Shown: in pieces, positions 38,720-48,660 of the stretch
How the letters are laid out: every line of letters starts with the position of its first letter
How positions within the stretch are numbered: position 1 is the stretch's first letter
Source of the DNA: a virus
IMG/VR virus record: IMGVR_UViG_3300023174_000094
Span: 1-64,000 of that record
Reading direction: 5' to 3' (one strand)
DNA length: 64,000 bases
Made by a program: the position numbers and the translations under genes
Notes under the pieces: generated by a model
What the model was told of the DNA's origin: nothing
What the model saw: the letters and a program-made list of their open reading frames with translations, nothing else
Databases searched by the model: none

Positions 38720-39646
38720 ATGGATGATGTAAAGATTGAAACAAGCAAGACACTTACCTTAACATTGCCGAGCGATCCTGCCTCAAATGTTGTATCGGTA
38801 AGTCTATATCATGAGTTTGGGAATCTTGTTTCTGGTCCAACAAATGCAACAAGATCAAGTGCTGGAGTTTATACCATCACCTACGGTCAACAGGCATCTG
38901 GTATCTATATTCTAAATGCTGCGGGGAGATACCGAGCTGACTTTACTTATACAGTGAGTGCTGTTTCGTACACTCAGTCTCAGTACTTTAATGTTTATAC
39001 CCCTTATATCACAGCAGCTAGCTTCTTTGAAGATCACCCAGAACTTGAAGATGAATGGTTTGATAAATTTGATAAGATTGAAAAGAAGATAAGAAATATT
39101 ATCAACACATTCTGTGGTCAATCATTTGATTACTACCCGAACAAGACGATAGAGATTTCTGGTTCTGGAAGAAATTTATTGCATCTTCCATTTCCAATAA
39201 CAACTCTTAGAACAATTATTGCTGATGTCGGAACGAGTGATGAAACCACCATTCACAACTACCAGGATTCAACTGTAAACAATGTGGAAAAGGCTAAAGA
39301 GCCTCATAGCTTTGGAGCAACATACTATATTAAGTTTAAGAGATCAACCCTTGATAGCCCAAATGTTCTTATGCTTGTAAATAAGTTTTATAAGACTAGC
39401 GCTTATACAATTAGTGGTGATTATGGATGGCAGTTTGTTCCAAACAATATTGAGCAAGCTGCTGATCTTTTAATTGCTGATCATATGAATGATGATAATC
39501 AATACAGGTCGCATGGAATCAAGAGAGCCGATATGGATGCTATTGACTTGCACTTCTCTGATAAGTTCTATGAATCTACTGGGAATATTGATGCCGATGT
39601 TCTACTCATGGACTATACATTGTTTGTGATGGATTATGTGGTATAA
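38720..39646 (+). CDS. Head-tail adaptor, leaderless
   Basis: IINTFCGQSF and G.YGW..VP..IEQAA..L; TATAAT-6-ATG. Confidence 0.8.
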   Translation: MDDVKIETSKTLTLTLPSDPASNVVSVSLYHEFGNLVSGPTNATRSSAGVYTITYGQQASGIYILNAAGRYRADFTYTVSAVSYTQSQYFNVYTPYITAASFFEDHPELEDEWFDKFDKIEKKIRNIINTFCGQSFDYYPNKTIEISGSGRNLLHLPFPITTLRTIIADVGTSDETTIHNYQDSTVNNVEKAKEPHSFGATYYIKFKRSTLDSPNVLMLVNKFYKTSAYTISGDYGWQFVPNNIEQAADLLIADHMNDDNQYRSHGIKRADMDAIDLHFSDKFYESTGNIDADVLLMDYTLFVMDYVV

Positions 39647-39649
39647 CAG

Positions 39650-40024
39650 ATGGCTGAGAAAACCTATCTTAGATTTCCTCATAAAATAGGGATATACACT
39701 AAGTCTGTAGAAATAAATAGCGCTGGTCAAAGAGTTACAACATTCGTGTATAACTCTGATATTAAAGCCATGTTTCAATCTGTCTCCAGCGAAAGAAGAA
39801 TTGCACCGTATAACGCAAACATTGATGAATTTCAGTTTTATATTTCTCACACAAATTCTCTACTTGCCGACTATGGAAATAGAATTCAGAATGTTAGAGA
39901 TAGATACTCAAATGTTATAGAGACTGGACCTTTTGAAATTATTAACATTGAAAAGAAAATGGGCTTTAATGGAAAGTTAAATCACATTCTACTCACAGCA
40001 AGAAAGGTGGTTGAAGGTGCTTAG
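39650..40024 (+). CDS. Head closure/stopper
   Basis: Size and synteny. Confidence 0.65.
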   Translation: MAEKTYLRFPHKIGIYTKSVEINSAGQRVTTFVYNSDIKAMFQSVSSERRIAPYNANIDEFQFYISHTNSLLADYGNRIQNVRDRYSNVIETGPFEIINIEKKMGFNGKLNHILLTARKVVEGA

Positions 40025-40571
40025 GATGACTGTAAACAAATCTGCTTCAATACAGACAGAGGCTGCTGCACTATTCTTTGACACATTTCCAAATAGAATT
40101 CAAGCTGCTCAGGCAAGCGCTATGACAGCAGTTGCCCAAGAGGCTCCAGGAGTTCTTATGAAGTTTGGTAGAGCCGCTAAGTACTTTCAGTTTGCTGTTC
40201 AAAGAACTGGGGCATCTGGAATTAAATTAACAATGTCTCCTGCAACTGGCGGTAAAGTTGCTTCTAGAAGTGATGGCTATAATGCGGCTATTGGCGCAGC
40301 TATTCTTCTTAGTGGTAGAAGAGGCGGTACCGTTATTAAACCAAAAGGTAAGCAAGCCCTTTCCTTCCGAGAAGGAACTTCTACTCATGGTGGAGATGGG
40401 GTTTATGGTGCTTCAAGGGTTTCTCCAATTAGATCAAAAAGACAAGAGATTTCAAGAGAGATGAGAGATATGGTTACAAGACAAATTAATGCTCATTTAA
40501 AGTATGTTGGTTTTGGGTCAAGAGGGTCAACACCAACTGGTCCAGATTTTTTAACAGCTGAGGAGTTCTAA
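40017..40571 (+). CDS. Neck/tail completion protein
   Basis: Basic; synteny; start uncertain (40017 or 40026). Confidence 0.6.
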   Translation: MLRMTVNKSASIQTEAAALFFDTFPNRIQAAQASAMTAVAQEAPGVLMKFGRAAKYFQFAVQRTGASGIKLTMSPATGGKVASRSDGYNAAIGAAILLSGRRGGTVIKPKGKQALSFREGTSTHGGDGVYGASRVSPIRSKRQEISREMRDMVTRQINAHLKYVGFGSRGSTPTGPDFLTAEEF

Positions 40572-40573
40572 AA

Positions 40574-40993
40574 ATGCCTATTAGCGTCTATGACATAAAT
40601 ACATACTTAACAAGCGACTCAACGCTTGCTAACACCGCTGGTAAGGTTATGAGCTTCTTTCCCGTGGTTGGGTATGGGGATGAAACAGCCCCATTTGTAA
40701 TTTACTTCTACAGCCCTTCAATTCCATCTGTTGAGGCTTATTGGCAAAGAAGGGATACTATTCGTTATTCAATTTATGATACTGATGTGGATAGATTGTT
40801 TTCAATTGGTGAAAGAATGATTTATCTACTTGGTCGTGGAGATCAGATCCAGAAGACTGGTGGTCCTGTTCCAAACAATGTGAGAGTTTTGTCAACTCAA
40901 CTTGTAACTGCATCATCTATGGAACCCATTGAAAAGCTGGGTTGGTATCAAATGGATCTAGATTTTAGTATATTATCTGTGGATTATAGTTAA
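40574..40993 (+). CDS. Tail terminator
   Basis: APFVIY motif, size, position before the tail tube. Confidence 0.7.
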   Translation: MPISVYDINTYLTSDSTLANTAGKVMSFFPVVGYGDETAPFVIYFYSPSIPSVEAYWQRRDTIRYSIYDTDVDRLFSIGERMIYLLGRGDQIQKTGGPVPNNVRVLSTQLVTASSMEPIEKLGWYQMDLDFSILSVDYS

Positions 40994-41025
40994 TAGAATT
41001 ATCATTTGTGGTATCATAAATATAT

Positions 41026-41220
41026 ATGAAGTATAATGTAATTACATACATCGGTAAAACCCCTGGCTTTACCGCAAGATTAGGTTCTTATAGTTATGAG
41101 TTTGAATGGCAGAAAGGTCTCGGGATCGGAAGCCGTTCAAATGAAGTAAAAATTGATCACGCCATTAAGTTCGCAAGATGGCGGGATAAAAGGGGCAAGA
41201 AAATATTTGTCCTTGAGTAA
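41026..41220 (+). CDS. Small hypothetical protein
   Basis: TGTGGTATCAT promoter just upstream. Confidence 0.6.
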   Translation: MKYNVITYIGKTPGFTARLGSYSYEFEWQKGLGIGSRSNEVKIDHAIKFARWRDKRGKKIFVLE

Positions 41221-41235
41221 ATAGGAGGAAATATT

Positions 41236-41814
41236 ATGGCAGTTACAACTGCAAATATTGTCGTAGGTGAAGCAGCTGTTAAAGTCGGTGCTTCAAACAT
41301 TACTATGACGAATAGTGATTTTGATGCATTGAGTGACATTGGCGCAACCCAAGGTGGTGTTGAAATTTCATGGGAACCAGATATGGTTGACATTGAGATT
41401 GACCAGTACGGTGACGCAGCTAAGGTTATTCAATCAAAGGTTAAAGTTATGTTGAAGACAACATTGGCTGAAGCAACGCTGAACAACTTGGCAATTGCTT
41501 GGAGCTATGACAGAGCAGACAATGGTGCTGATATCAAAGTGAATAACGATGGTGCCAACACTAAGACTTTCATGTTCGGTTCACAGAGCGTGTACCCATA
41601 CGAGTATGCATTGCAGATCGTTGGAAACGCACCAGGTTCAACCGCATCGGTTACGAAGACTCGTAAATTTAACACTAAGCGAGCAGTTTCGTTTGAATCG
41701 TCAATGATTTCAATGAAGAGAGCAGAGGCAACGATGTTCGCTGTTTCATTCCGTATTCTCCCTAACCCAGTAGATACGGGTTATGAGTACGGCAAGATTA
41801 TTGATCAATCGTAA
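41236..41814 (+). CDS. Major tail (tube) protein
   Basis: NIVVG.A, IGATQGGVE..P..IEIDQ, TTLAEATL.NL; AGGAGG SD. Confidence 0.88.
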   Translation: MAVTTANIVVGEAAVKVGASNITMTNSDFDALSDIGATQGGVEISWEPDMVDIEIDQYGDAAKVIQSKVKVMLKTTLAEATLNNLAIAWSYDRADNGADIKVNNDGANTKTFMFGSQSVYPYEYALQIVGNAPGSTASVTKTRKFNTKRAVSFESSMISMKRAEATMFAVSFRILPNPVDTGYEYGKIIDQS

Positions 41815-41845
41815 TATAAAAATATAGTTGTACCAAACTTAGGCG

Positions 41846-41890
41846 AACCCCTTGATGACTGTGGTATCATAGTTAATCAAGGGGTTTTCC
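41846..41890 (+). terminator. Hairpin terminator with an embedded extended -10
   Basis: AACCCCTTGAT / ATCAAGGGGTT arms around TGTGGTATCAT. Confidence 0.7.
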
Positions 41891-41918
41891 CTATTTTAAA
41901 TTACAAGGATGGTATTAA

Positions 41919-42233
41919 GTGAACGCAAAAAATATTGATCTTTTCAAGGGTACAGAAATTGTATTCGCTGATGGAAAGACAAGAGTTGTTAAGCCTCTTA
42001 CAATTCGTCACTTGCGAGAGTTCATGAAGGTTGCTAACGAAATGAAGGCAACTGATGAATCTGGAATGACGGATGAAGATATTGACAGAATGGTGCAAGC
42101 AGCATCGGTAGCTCTTAGAAAAGCTGACCCAGAGCTTGCTAGCAATCTCTCTGCATTAGAAGACGCTCTTGACCTCCGTTGCTTCGGTGAAATTATGGCT
42201 GCAGCAATGGGTACAGACCCAAACCTAGCGTAG
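41919..42233 (+). CDS. Tail assembly chaperone (G)
   Basis: Located between the tail tube and tape measure genes. Confidence 0.85.
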   Translation: MNAKNIDLFKGTEIVFADGKTRVVKPLTIRHLREFMKVANEMKATDESGMTDEDIDRMVQAASVALRKADPELASNLSALEDALDLRCFGEIMAAAMGTDPNLA

Positions 42234-42556
42234 GGGATGGGGGCGATGAGCCCTTCGTTTGGGATGAAATCCCCTTATTAAAGTATGAAGCAGAAATATT
42301 AACTCAAGTTGGTGCTTGGAAAAGTCTAGAAGAGTTAGAAGACTCTTTAATCCTTCATGAGATGTTTTTACTTTATCGTGCATGCGCATATCACTTCTCA
42401 AAAGATGTGAAAGGTAGTGCGGTTGCATTTGGAGGAGAGGTTGACTGGGATGACGATTGGTATGACCCAGCACCTTCTGTTAAAGCACAGGATGTTATCA
42501 GAGCCTGGGATATTCCTCAGATGGCAATTGGTCTTGGCTATGAGTCAAGCGTTTAA
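42218..42556 (+). CDS. Tail assembly chaperone -1 frameshift extension (GT)
   Basis: Slippery C CCA AAC at 42218-42224; the -1 frame is open to 42556 (..VGAWKSLEELEDSL..). Confidence 0.85.
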   Translation, partial: PKPSVGDGGDEPFVWDEIPLLKYEAEILTQVGAWKSLEELEDSLILHEMFLLYRACAYHFSKDVKGSAVAFGGEVDWDDDWYDPAPSVKAQDVIRAWDIPQMAIGLGYESSV

Positions 42557-42604
42557 TTTATTGCTTTTTTCTTCATATAATGTGATAATTATATTGGTAC
42601 AACT

Positions 42605-45600
42605 ATGGCTGATATAGATCTAATTATTGCGGTACATACCGATGGCATTAAGCAGGTAACTGATCTTAGTGCTTCTTTACGCAATCTTGCGGCTAATGTT
42701 TCTGGTATTACTGTGCCAATGTCTAAGCTTGATTCGCACACAAGAGCTCTGAATAAGGCTCTTGGTATGGGCACTAGGGGTGCTAAAGAACACGCTACAT
42801 CCTTTAAGGGTTTAATACAAAACCAAAAGACCTTAAGCATTGAAACTAAAAACCTGACCAAAGATATAAAGGCAATGAACGCCATTATCAAGGCTGGTCA
42901 TACAACTGATATCATAAACCCTGCTACCGTAGCAAACCTTAAGACACTACAGACGACATTGAAAAATATGCGTTTGAGAGCTTTTAGCTCTGATATGCAA
43001 AGTATCGGGTTGAATTTAAAGAAGCTTGGCAAAGACGCTCAGTTCGTTGGTAGAAGCTTGATGATTAACCTCACAGCGCCATTTACCTTAATGGCTCGCT
43101 ATGGGCTTAAGGCTCTAACAGATATTGATAAAGAAGCGGTTCGTTTAACAAAAGTTATGGATGGCGTTGCTATGTCTATTGAACAAGCAATGGCTAAAAC
43201 TGGTCAAGACGCATCTTCTCCACTAGTTCAGAAATTAGTTAAAAACTATCAAGAGTTGAATGATGCTTTAACTGCTACAAGTGCTAAGTATGGCATTGCT
43301 AAGTCGCTAACTATTGGGCTTGCAGCCGACTTTGCTGAACTGGGTATCGGCGCTAAAGAAAGCGTTGCTGCCATTACAGAGTTAACAGCGGCTACTGAAA
43401 AACTTGGTGGTATGGATATATCACAATCTCAAGACCTGATTCAGGCAATGTACTTCCAGTCAATCAGGGCTTTTGACCAAGCTGGTAGGTCATTTGTTAG
43501 CGCTGCAGCAAAAGAAAAAGCAGCTATTGAATCAAGCACTGCTCAATTGCAAATGTTTAACGCAATTGAAAACACTACAGCGCTAACAATGCGTGACCTG
43601 GGTGATGCATTCCCAGAAGTTGCGTCAATGGCAACAACATTTGGTTTGTCAATGACAGAGGCTGCTGCGATGTTAGCGCCAATGAAAGCTGCTGGTCTTG
43701 AGGTTGGCGCTTCAGCTAACGCTATTAAAGTCTCTTTGCAGAGAATAGTTGCTCCGACAAAAGCTAATGCTGAAATGCTCGCTTCTCTTTCTGAGTCTTA
43801 CAAGAATACTACTCAGGGATCGCAGGCGTTTAATAATGCGACAAGATCTGGTCTTACTGGTTTGCTGGGAATTGTTGAATCATTCACTGCTGTAAAAGAT
43901 TCTTCTGCTGGAATGGAAGGTGCAATGCAGATGATGGCAAAAATCTTTGGTGTCCGTCAAGGACCAAGAATGATGATTGCTATCCAGCAGCTTGCTCAAT
44001 TCAATGATGAACTAAGAAAAGCAGATCCTCTAGGTCAAAGCGTAGCCAAGACTCTCGTTAATCTTGCTAACGGAGCAAGTAATAGTTCCAAGCTTGCTAT
44101 TAAAAATTTTACTGATATTGGAGTTATTGCGAGAGTAGCAACAGCACAAGTTGGTCAACAAGTTGAAAACTTTGGTGTTGTTACTGTAAAAGATATTAAA
44201 GATGCTAACGCTGCTAGAAAAGCGGTTGCTGATGAGATTTTAAGAGCGAACAGAGAAGGTCGTGACATCATGTCTGAGATCAATACTGAGGCTGGTCGTT
44301 CAATGATTGTTGAACTTGCTGGTTCTGCGAGCGCATCTGTTTTGGCGCAAAGAGAATTGGATGCTTCATTAAAGTCTCTTGATGTTACTATTTCAAAAAT
44401 TAAAAATAATTTTAAAATATTTGCCGCTGACTTGCTCAATAGCACAAGACCTGCAATTGAAAAGATTGCAGAGGTGACAGGTAAGTTGATTGATAAATGG
44501 AATAGCTTGTCAGCCACAACAAAGAAAACTGTAGGCGTTCTTGTTATGTCAATCATGGGAGCGCTCGCAGCGATTGGTCCATTGATTCTTGCTTTTGGTA
44601 CATTGAGTTCTGTAACTGGCATTGCTATGCGAGGAATATTTAAGTTTATACCAAGTCTAAAAAATGCTGAAGGTGGTTTCATTGGACTAGCAGACGCTAT
44701 TGGTAAGTCTGGAAATAAACTTGATGCACTATATAACTCTTTTACTGAAGGGAAGGGGCTCCTTGTACGAAGCACTTCTGGAATAGCCGCTGCTGCTGGC
44801 TTGCCGATGGGACCAGGTGCTACTGCAGCCGCAGCAGCCGCAGGGACTACTCCGCCATCACGCCCATTTAAATTTGCAAGAGTCAAGGGTGTTATTACTC
44901 AAGTCGGTGGTGTTGGTATTCCTGCTCCTGGTGGTGTTGGACCAGCTATGCCAGGAAGCACAAGAGGTCTCACAGCCGCTAGAAGAGCTTATGCATTAGA
45001 AGAGATGGCTTTAACAGATAGGGCTGGAATTACCACAACGAGAACAGGAAGATTTCAGCAATCACCAACTCTCGGCATCAGAGACAGATTTAGACAATTA
45101 CGCACTGGAGCAGCGCCTGGAAGATCATTTATTCCTACATCAGTTGTTAATGATGCAATGGAAAGAAGGCTATCTGCATTTGACAGAGCTGGCATTACAC
45201 GAGGAGCGGGTAGTGGTCAGTTGTTCAATGCAAGAGGTCGTGCATTAAGTGAAGATCGTGCTCTTAGAATAGCAAGAGGTGGTGTTGGTGGTCGTATTTC
45301 CAGTGTTCTCCAAAGAGGTAAAGAGGCACGAGATGCTATGGCTGGAGCAACGCCTGGTAGTGTTGGTAGAGGAGTGTTGGCTGGTCAAAGAAGATTGATG
45401 ACTCAACCTTTTACATCAGCAAAAGGATTGGCAACTGCTGGGATTGGAAAAGTAAAAGATCTTGATGTATACAAAAATGCATTGACAAGAGTTGCTGAGG
45501 CACAAAAGCAATTGCGCATTGACCAGGCAGCTTTTGGTAAAGGTGCAGTCTCAACCTTCAGTCAGGCAAAAACTTCATTGATGGCTTTTATGAATACTCA

Positions 45601-48241
45601 GAAGCTAGCAACGGTTGTAGCTAAATTATTTAGGGTAGCGATGGTAAGTAGTGGAATCGGTATTGTTCTTCTTGCAATTGGTGTAGCAATTTATGCTGTG
45701 ATGAAAAACTTTGATAAGTTTAAGGCAGTTGCTAGTAGCGGAATAGAAAAGGTAAAAGTAGCTTTTAAGATTCTAAAAGGCGCAGCTATGGAGATAATTA
45801 GACCATTCGTTGACCTGTTTGCAATATTTGGTAAAGGTGGAGAAAGTGGAGCTGGCGCTGCTGAAGGAATTGGTGCTGCATTTAATAAAATAGCTAGTGT
45901 TATTGAGTTCCTTGCAAAGATGGTTCATCGCTTCGTAACTCAATTTATACAACCATATCTCTATATGATTATCAATATCGTAATGGCTGTTGTTGAAGCA
46001 TTCAAGGGTAATTGGAGCAAGGCGTTTGATTATGTAAAAGCTGCATTTGGATTCTTTATTGAGCTTCTTGTTAATGGCATTGCTCTTGGAATAAAAATAA
46101 TTCTAAAATCAGTCGGATTGTTGGCAAAGGGAATGATCAGTCTATTTGGTATGGCAATTAAGGTATGGATTGAAATTGCATTTGCTGGCGTTACATTAAT
46201 TATGAAAGCCATATCTTTTATTCCAGGAATTGGAAGCAAAATAAATAATGCATACAGAGGTGTAATTAATGGAATAAAGGGAACGGTTGACGCTGTAACT
46301 GGAGCTGTTAATGGTGGTATTGATGCAACAATAAATGGAATGTCAGGGCTGGTTGACGCTGGTGCTAAAGCCGTTAAGGGCTCACTAAAGGGCTTGAAGG
46401 GCTCTGGTGTTAAGCAGTCAACTGGAAAGATGTTTGATGGATCAAAGAAAGTTGCTAAGACCAAGGGTGATGAAGTTGGTAAAGTCTATAATGAAGCAAT
46501 CACCAACACTGTTGGAGATGGCTTACCTGAATCGGTAAAGAACGCTACTGGAAAAGCGTTTAATGATTCAGTAAAAGATCTTGCCCAGAAACTTCAAGAT
46601 TATGTTAAGGGTGAAATGTCTAATGCCCTTAGCAAACTGCAAAAAGATCTTGAAGCTTCATTGAAGAAGCAAAAAGATGCCGCTCTTGCAGTTTATGATT
46701 CACAAATTGATACTCTTGACAAGCTAGCTAAAGCAGAAGAGTCTCTTACAAAGACAAAAGAGTATGAAGCGACTAGAAGACAGGCTATTGAAGAAAGAGC
46801 ACTCCAGTCTCAGAATTATATTAGAAATCGTGCTCTTGCGATTTATGAGGGAAGAATTGATGATGCAAGAATGCTTGATCTTCAGGATCGCAAAGATGCA
46901 GCAGATAGTGCAAAGTCAATTGGTGAAATTGATTCCTCAAGAAAGAAAGAGCTTGCTGCAGAAAACCTTGATGCATTAAAGAGTGCAATCACAACTGCAA
47001 GAGAAGAGGCAGATAAATTCTTTGACACCACTGCTGAAAAATTTGGCAACGCTGCTTCTGAAATTCTTAAGTTCCCTCCAGTAACAAAGCAAGATTATAT
47101 TGACCAGATGACATCACTTACCGAGTTGGCTAAAAAAACAGCTAACGATAGTGGAACTGAATTTTCAAAAATGTTTGATGACTTTGCATCAACAATAAGT
47201 AGCAAGATGCCAAATGATGTTGTTGGTGCATTTACAACAAATCTTGATGATTTGGTCAAAGTTGCTGTTGATAAATATGGTCTTGGAAAAGGAACTGCTG
47301 ACAGCAGTACTGTGATTGGTTCAACGATTGGAATGCTCATGGATATGGGCGGAGCTATGGGTGATAATAAGCAATTCGTTGTTGACACTTTTGGAGAAAT
47401 AACAACTGGTATTAAAGATAACGCATCTGATGGTTTTAAAGAAATCACAACGCTTATCTACAGTGGATTCGTAGCAGACTTTAATAAAGCAGTAACTGAT
47501 GCTGATCCAACGACTGTTTATCAGAAGGCGATCAAAGATGGCAATAAGGCAATCTTGGATGACTTTAGAAATACTGTTGGCGGTGTTGGTTCTGAAGTTG
47601 AGAATATGAAGGACTTGCTTGATCCTTTAGTTAAGAAGTGGGCATTGCTTGAAGCTCAAGCAAAAGCCGCTGGTGATGCTCAAGCAGCAGCTGCTTCTGG
47701 TGGAGGCGGTGAAACACCTGGCTCAGCAACATTTACTGGGGGTACATACGGTGGAATAAATATGGGCTCAAGAAGTTCTGCCTATTGGAATTCTGTTAAT
47801 ACCGCACTAGGGATAATTCCATCAAGAAGTTCAGTCCTTTCCCCAACAATAGGTCCAAAATGGATGGGTGGAGGTATTCCTAAGTTTGCTACTGGTGGTT
47901 ATTTGAACAAAGCAATGTCACAATCAATACCAGCGCTACTTCATGGTGGTGAATATATTATGAGCGCAAAAGCTGTGCAGAGTATTGGAGCCGCAACTCT
48001 GCAGAACCTTAACAATATGAGATTTAATGCGCCAAGGAATTCAGCACCAAATGGTGGACAAAATGTAACTATGTCAACACAGAATACAAATATTTATGTT
48101 GATAACTTTATTGGTGAAGAAGAATGGTTTAACTCAATGATGAAGGAGTACAATGTTAATGTATTGCCAAAGAATCAAAAAGCGGCTGGTGTACAACCTA
48201 GAGTTGTAAGGTCGTATAACGGAATCAACCAGGGTCTGTAA
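42605..48241 (+). CDS. Tape measure protein
   Basis: 1878 aa, helical and Ala-rich, hydrophobic segments, C-terminal FATGG..ALLHGGEY. Confidence 0.93.
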   Translation: MADIDLIIAVHTDGIKQVTDLSASLRNLAANVSGITVPMSKLDSHTRALNKALGMGTRGAKEHATSFKGLIQNQKTLSIETKNLTKDIKAMNAIIKAGHTTDIINPATVANLKTLQTTLKNMRLRAFSSDMQSIGLNLKKLGKDAQFVGRSLMINLTAPFTLMARYGLKALTDIDKEAVRLTKVMDGVAMSIEQAMAKTGQDASSPLVQKLVKNYQELNDALTATSAKYGIAKSLTIGLAADFAELGIGAKESVAAITELTAATEKLGGMDISQSQDLIQAMYFQSIRAFDQAGRSFVSAAAKEKAAIESSTAQLQMFNAIENTTALTMRDLGDAFPEVASMATTFGLSMTEAAAMLAPMKAAGLEVGASANAIKVSLQRIVAPTKANAEMLASLSESYKNTTQGSQAFNNATRSGLTGLLGIVESFTAVKDSSAGMEGAMQMMAKIFGVRQGPRMMIAIQQLAQFNDELRKADPLGQSVAKTLVNLANGASNSSKLAIKNFTDIGVIARVATAQVGQQVENFGVVTVKDIKDANAARKAVADEILRANREGRDIMSEINTEAGRSMIVELAGSASASVLAQRELDASLKSLDVTISKIKNNFKIFAADLLNSTRPAIEKIAEVTGKLIDKWNSLSATTKKTVGVLVMSIMGALAAIGPLILAFGTLSSVTGIAMRGIFKFIPSLKNAEGGFIGLADAIGKSGNKLDALYNSFTEGKGLLVRSTSGIAAAAGLPMGPGATAAAAAAGTTPPSRPFKFARVKGVITQVGGVGIPAPGGVGPAMPGSTRGLTAARRAYALEEMALTDRAGITTTRTGRFQQSPTLGIRDRFRQLRTGAAPGRSFIPTSVVNDAMERRLSAFDRAGITRGAGSGQLFNARGRALSEDRALRIARGGVGGRISSVLQRGKEARDAMAGATPGSVGRGVLAGQRRLMTQPFTSAKGLATAGIGKVKDLDVYKNALTRVAEAQKQLRIDQAAFGKGAVSTFSQAKTSLMAFMNTQKLATVVAKLFRVAMVSSGIGIVLLAIGVAIYAVMKNFDKFKAVASSGIEKVKVAFKILKGAAMEIIRPFVDLFAIFGKGGESGAGAAEGIGAAFNKIASVIEFLAKMVHRFVTQFIQPYLYMIINIVMAVVEAFKGNWSKAFDYVKAAFGFFIELLVNGIALGIKIILKSVGLLAKGMISLFGMAIKVWIEIAFAGVTLIMKAISFIPGIGSKINNAYRGVINGIKGTVDAVTGAVNGGIDATINGMSGLVDAGAKAVKGSLKGLKGSGVKQSTGKMFDGSKKVAKTKGDEVGKVYNEAITNTVGDGLPESVKNATGKAFNDSVKDLAQKLQDYVKGEMSNALSKLQKDLEASLKKQKDAALAVYDSQIDTLDKLAKAEESLTKTKEYEATRRQAIEERALQSQNYIRNRALAIYEGRIDDARMLDLQDRKDAADSAKSIGEIDSSRKKELAAENLDALKSAITTAREEADKFFDTTAEKFGNAASEILKFPPVTKQDYIDQMTSLTELAKKTANDSGTEFSKMFDDFASTISSKMPNDVVGAFTTNLDDLVKVAVDKYGLGKGTADSSTVIGSTIGMLMDMGGAMGDNKQFVVDTFGEITTGIKDNASDGFKEITTLIYSGFVADFNKAVTDADPTTVYQKAIKDGNKAILDDFRNTVGGVGSEVENMKDLLDPLVKKWALLEAQAKAAGDAQAAAASGGGGETPGSATFTGGTYGGINMGSRSSAYWNSVNTALGIIPSRSSVLSPTIGPKWMGGGIPKFATGGYLNKAMSQSIPALLHGGEYIMSAKAVQSIGAATLQNLNNMRFNAPRNSAPNGGQNVTMSTQNTNIYVDNFIGEEEWFNSMMKEYNVNVLPKNQKAAGVQPRVVRSYNGINQGL

Positions 48242-48660
48242 TGCCTGCTATCCAAAATCAATTACCAACTTTAGTCAATGTAATAAAACTCAATGGCACT
48301 GAAATAACCGAGCATGGCAGAACACTATCAACATCGGTTGATAGCAATTCATCTGATGTAATGATGAATAATGGAAACAAAAAAAGATATATTAAGTCAG
48401 CAAAGAATACATATAGCCTTAGCTATTATTATCTCCCAAGCAATACTGATAAAACCATTGATGGTCGGGTTGGCAGAGATTATTTAATCTCTCTAATGTC
48501 GTACAGGGGTAAAATAACTCTATCAATTGACATTGATCCAAATGAACCACCATTCACAACATATGTCTACGCAGACTCATACTCAGAAGAGCTGGTAAGA
48601 AGAGATATTAAAACAGACTGTTCATATTACAATGTGCAAGTCTCGTTCAGAGAGGCTTAA
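48241..48660 (+). CDS. Distal-tail-like protein
   Basis: Follows the tape measure; paralog of the C-terminus of the next gene. Confidence 0.7.
   Translation: MPAIQNQLPTLVNVIKLNGTEITEHGRTLSTSVDSNSSDVMMNNGNKKRYIKSAKNTYSLSYYYLPSNTDKTIDGRVGRDYLISLMSYRGKITLSIDIDPNEPPFTTYVYADSYSEELVRRDIKTDCSYYNVQVSFREA

Noticed and set aside
42231-42233. TAG readthrough or alternative genetic code
   Set aside because: Explained by the -1 frameshift; other genes end normally at TAG/TGA and are full length.
44155-44886. Long antisense ORFs (also 26518-27036, 30627-31130, 37257-37769 and many short ones)
   Set aside because: Shadows of low-complexity, codon-biased sense genes; no SD, promoter or motifs.
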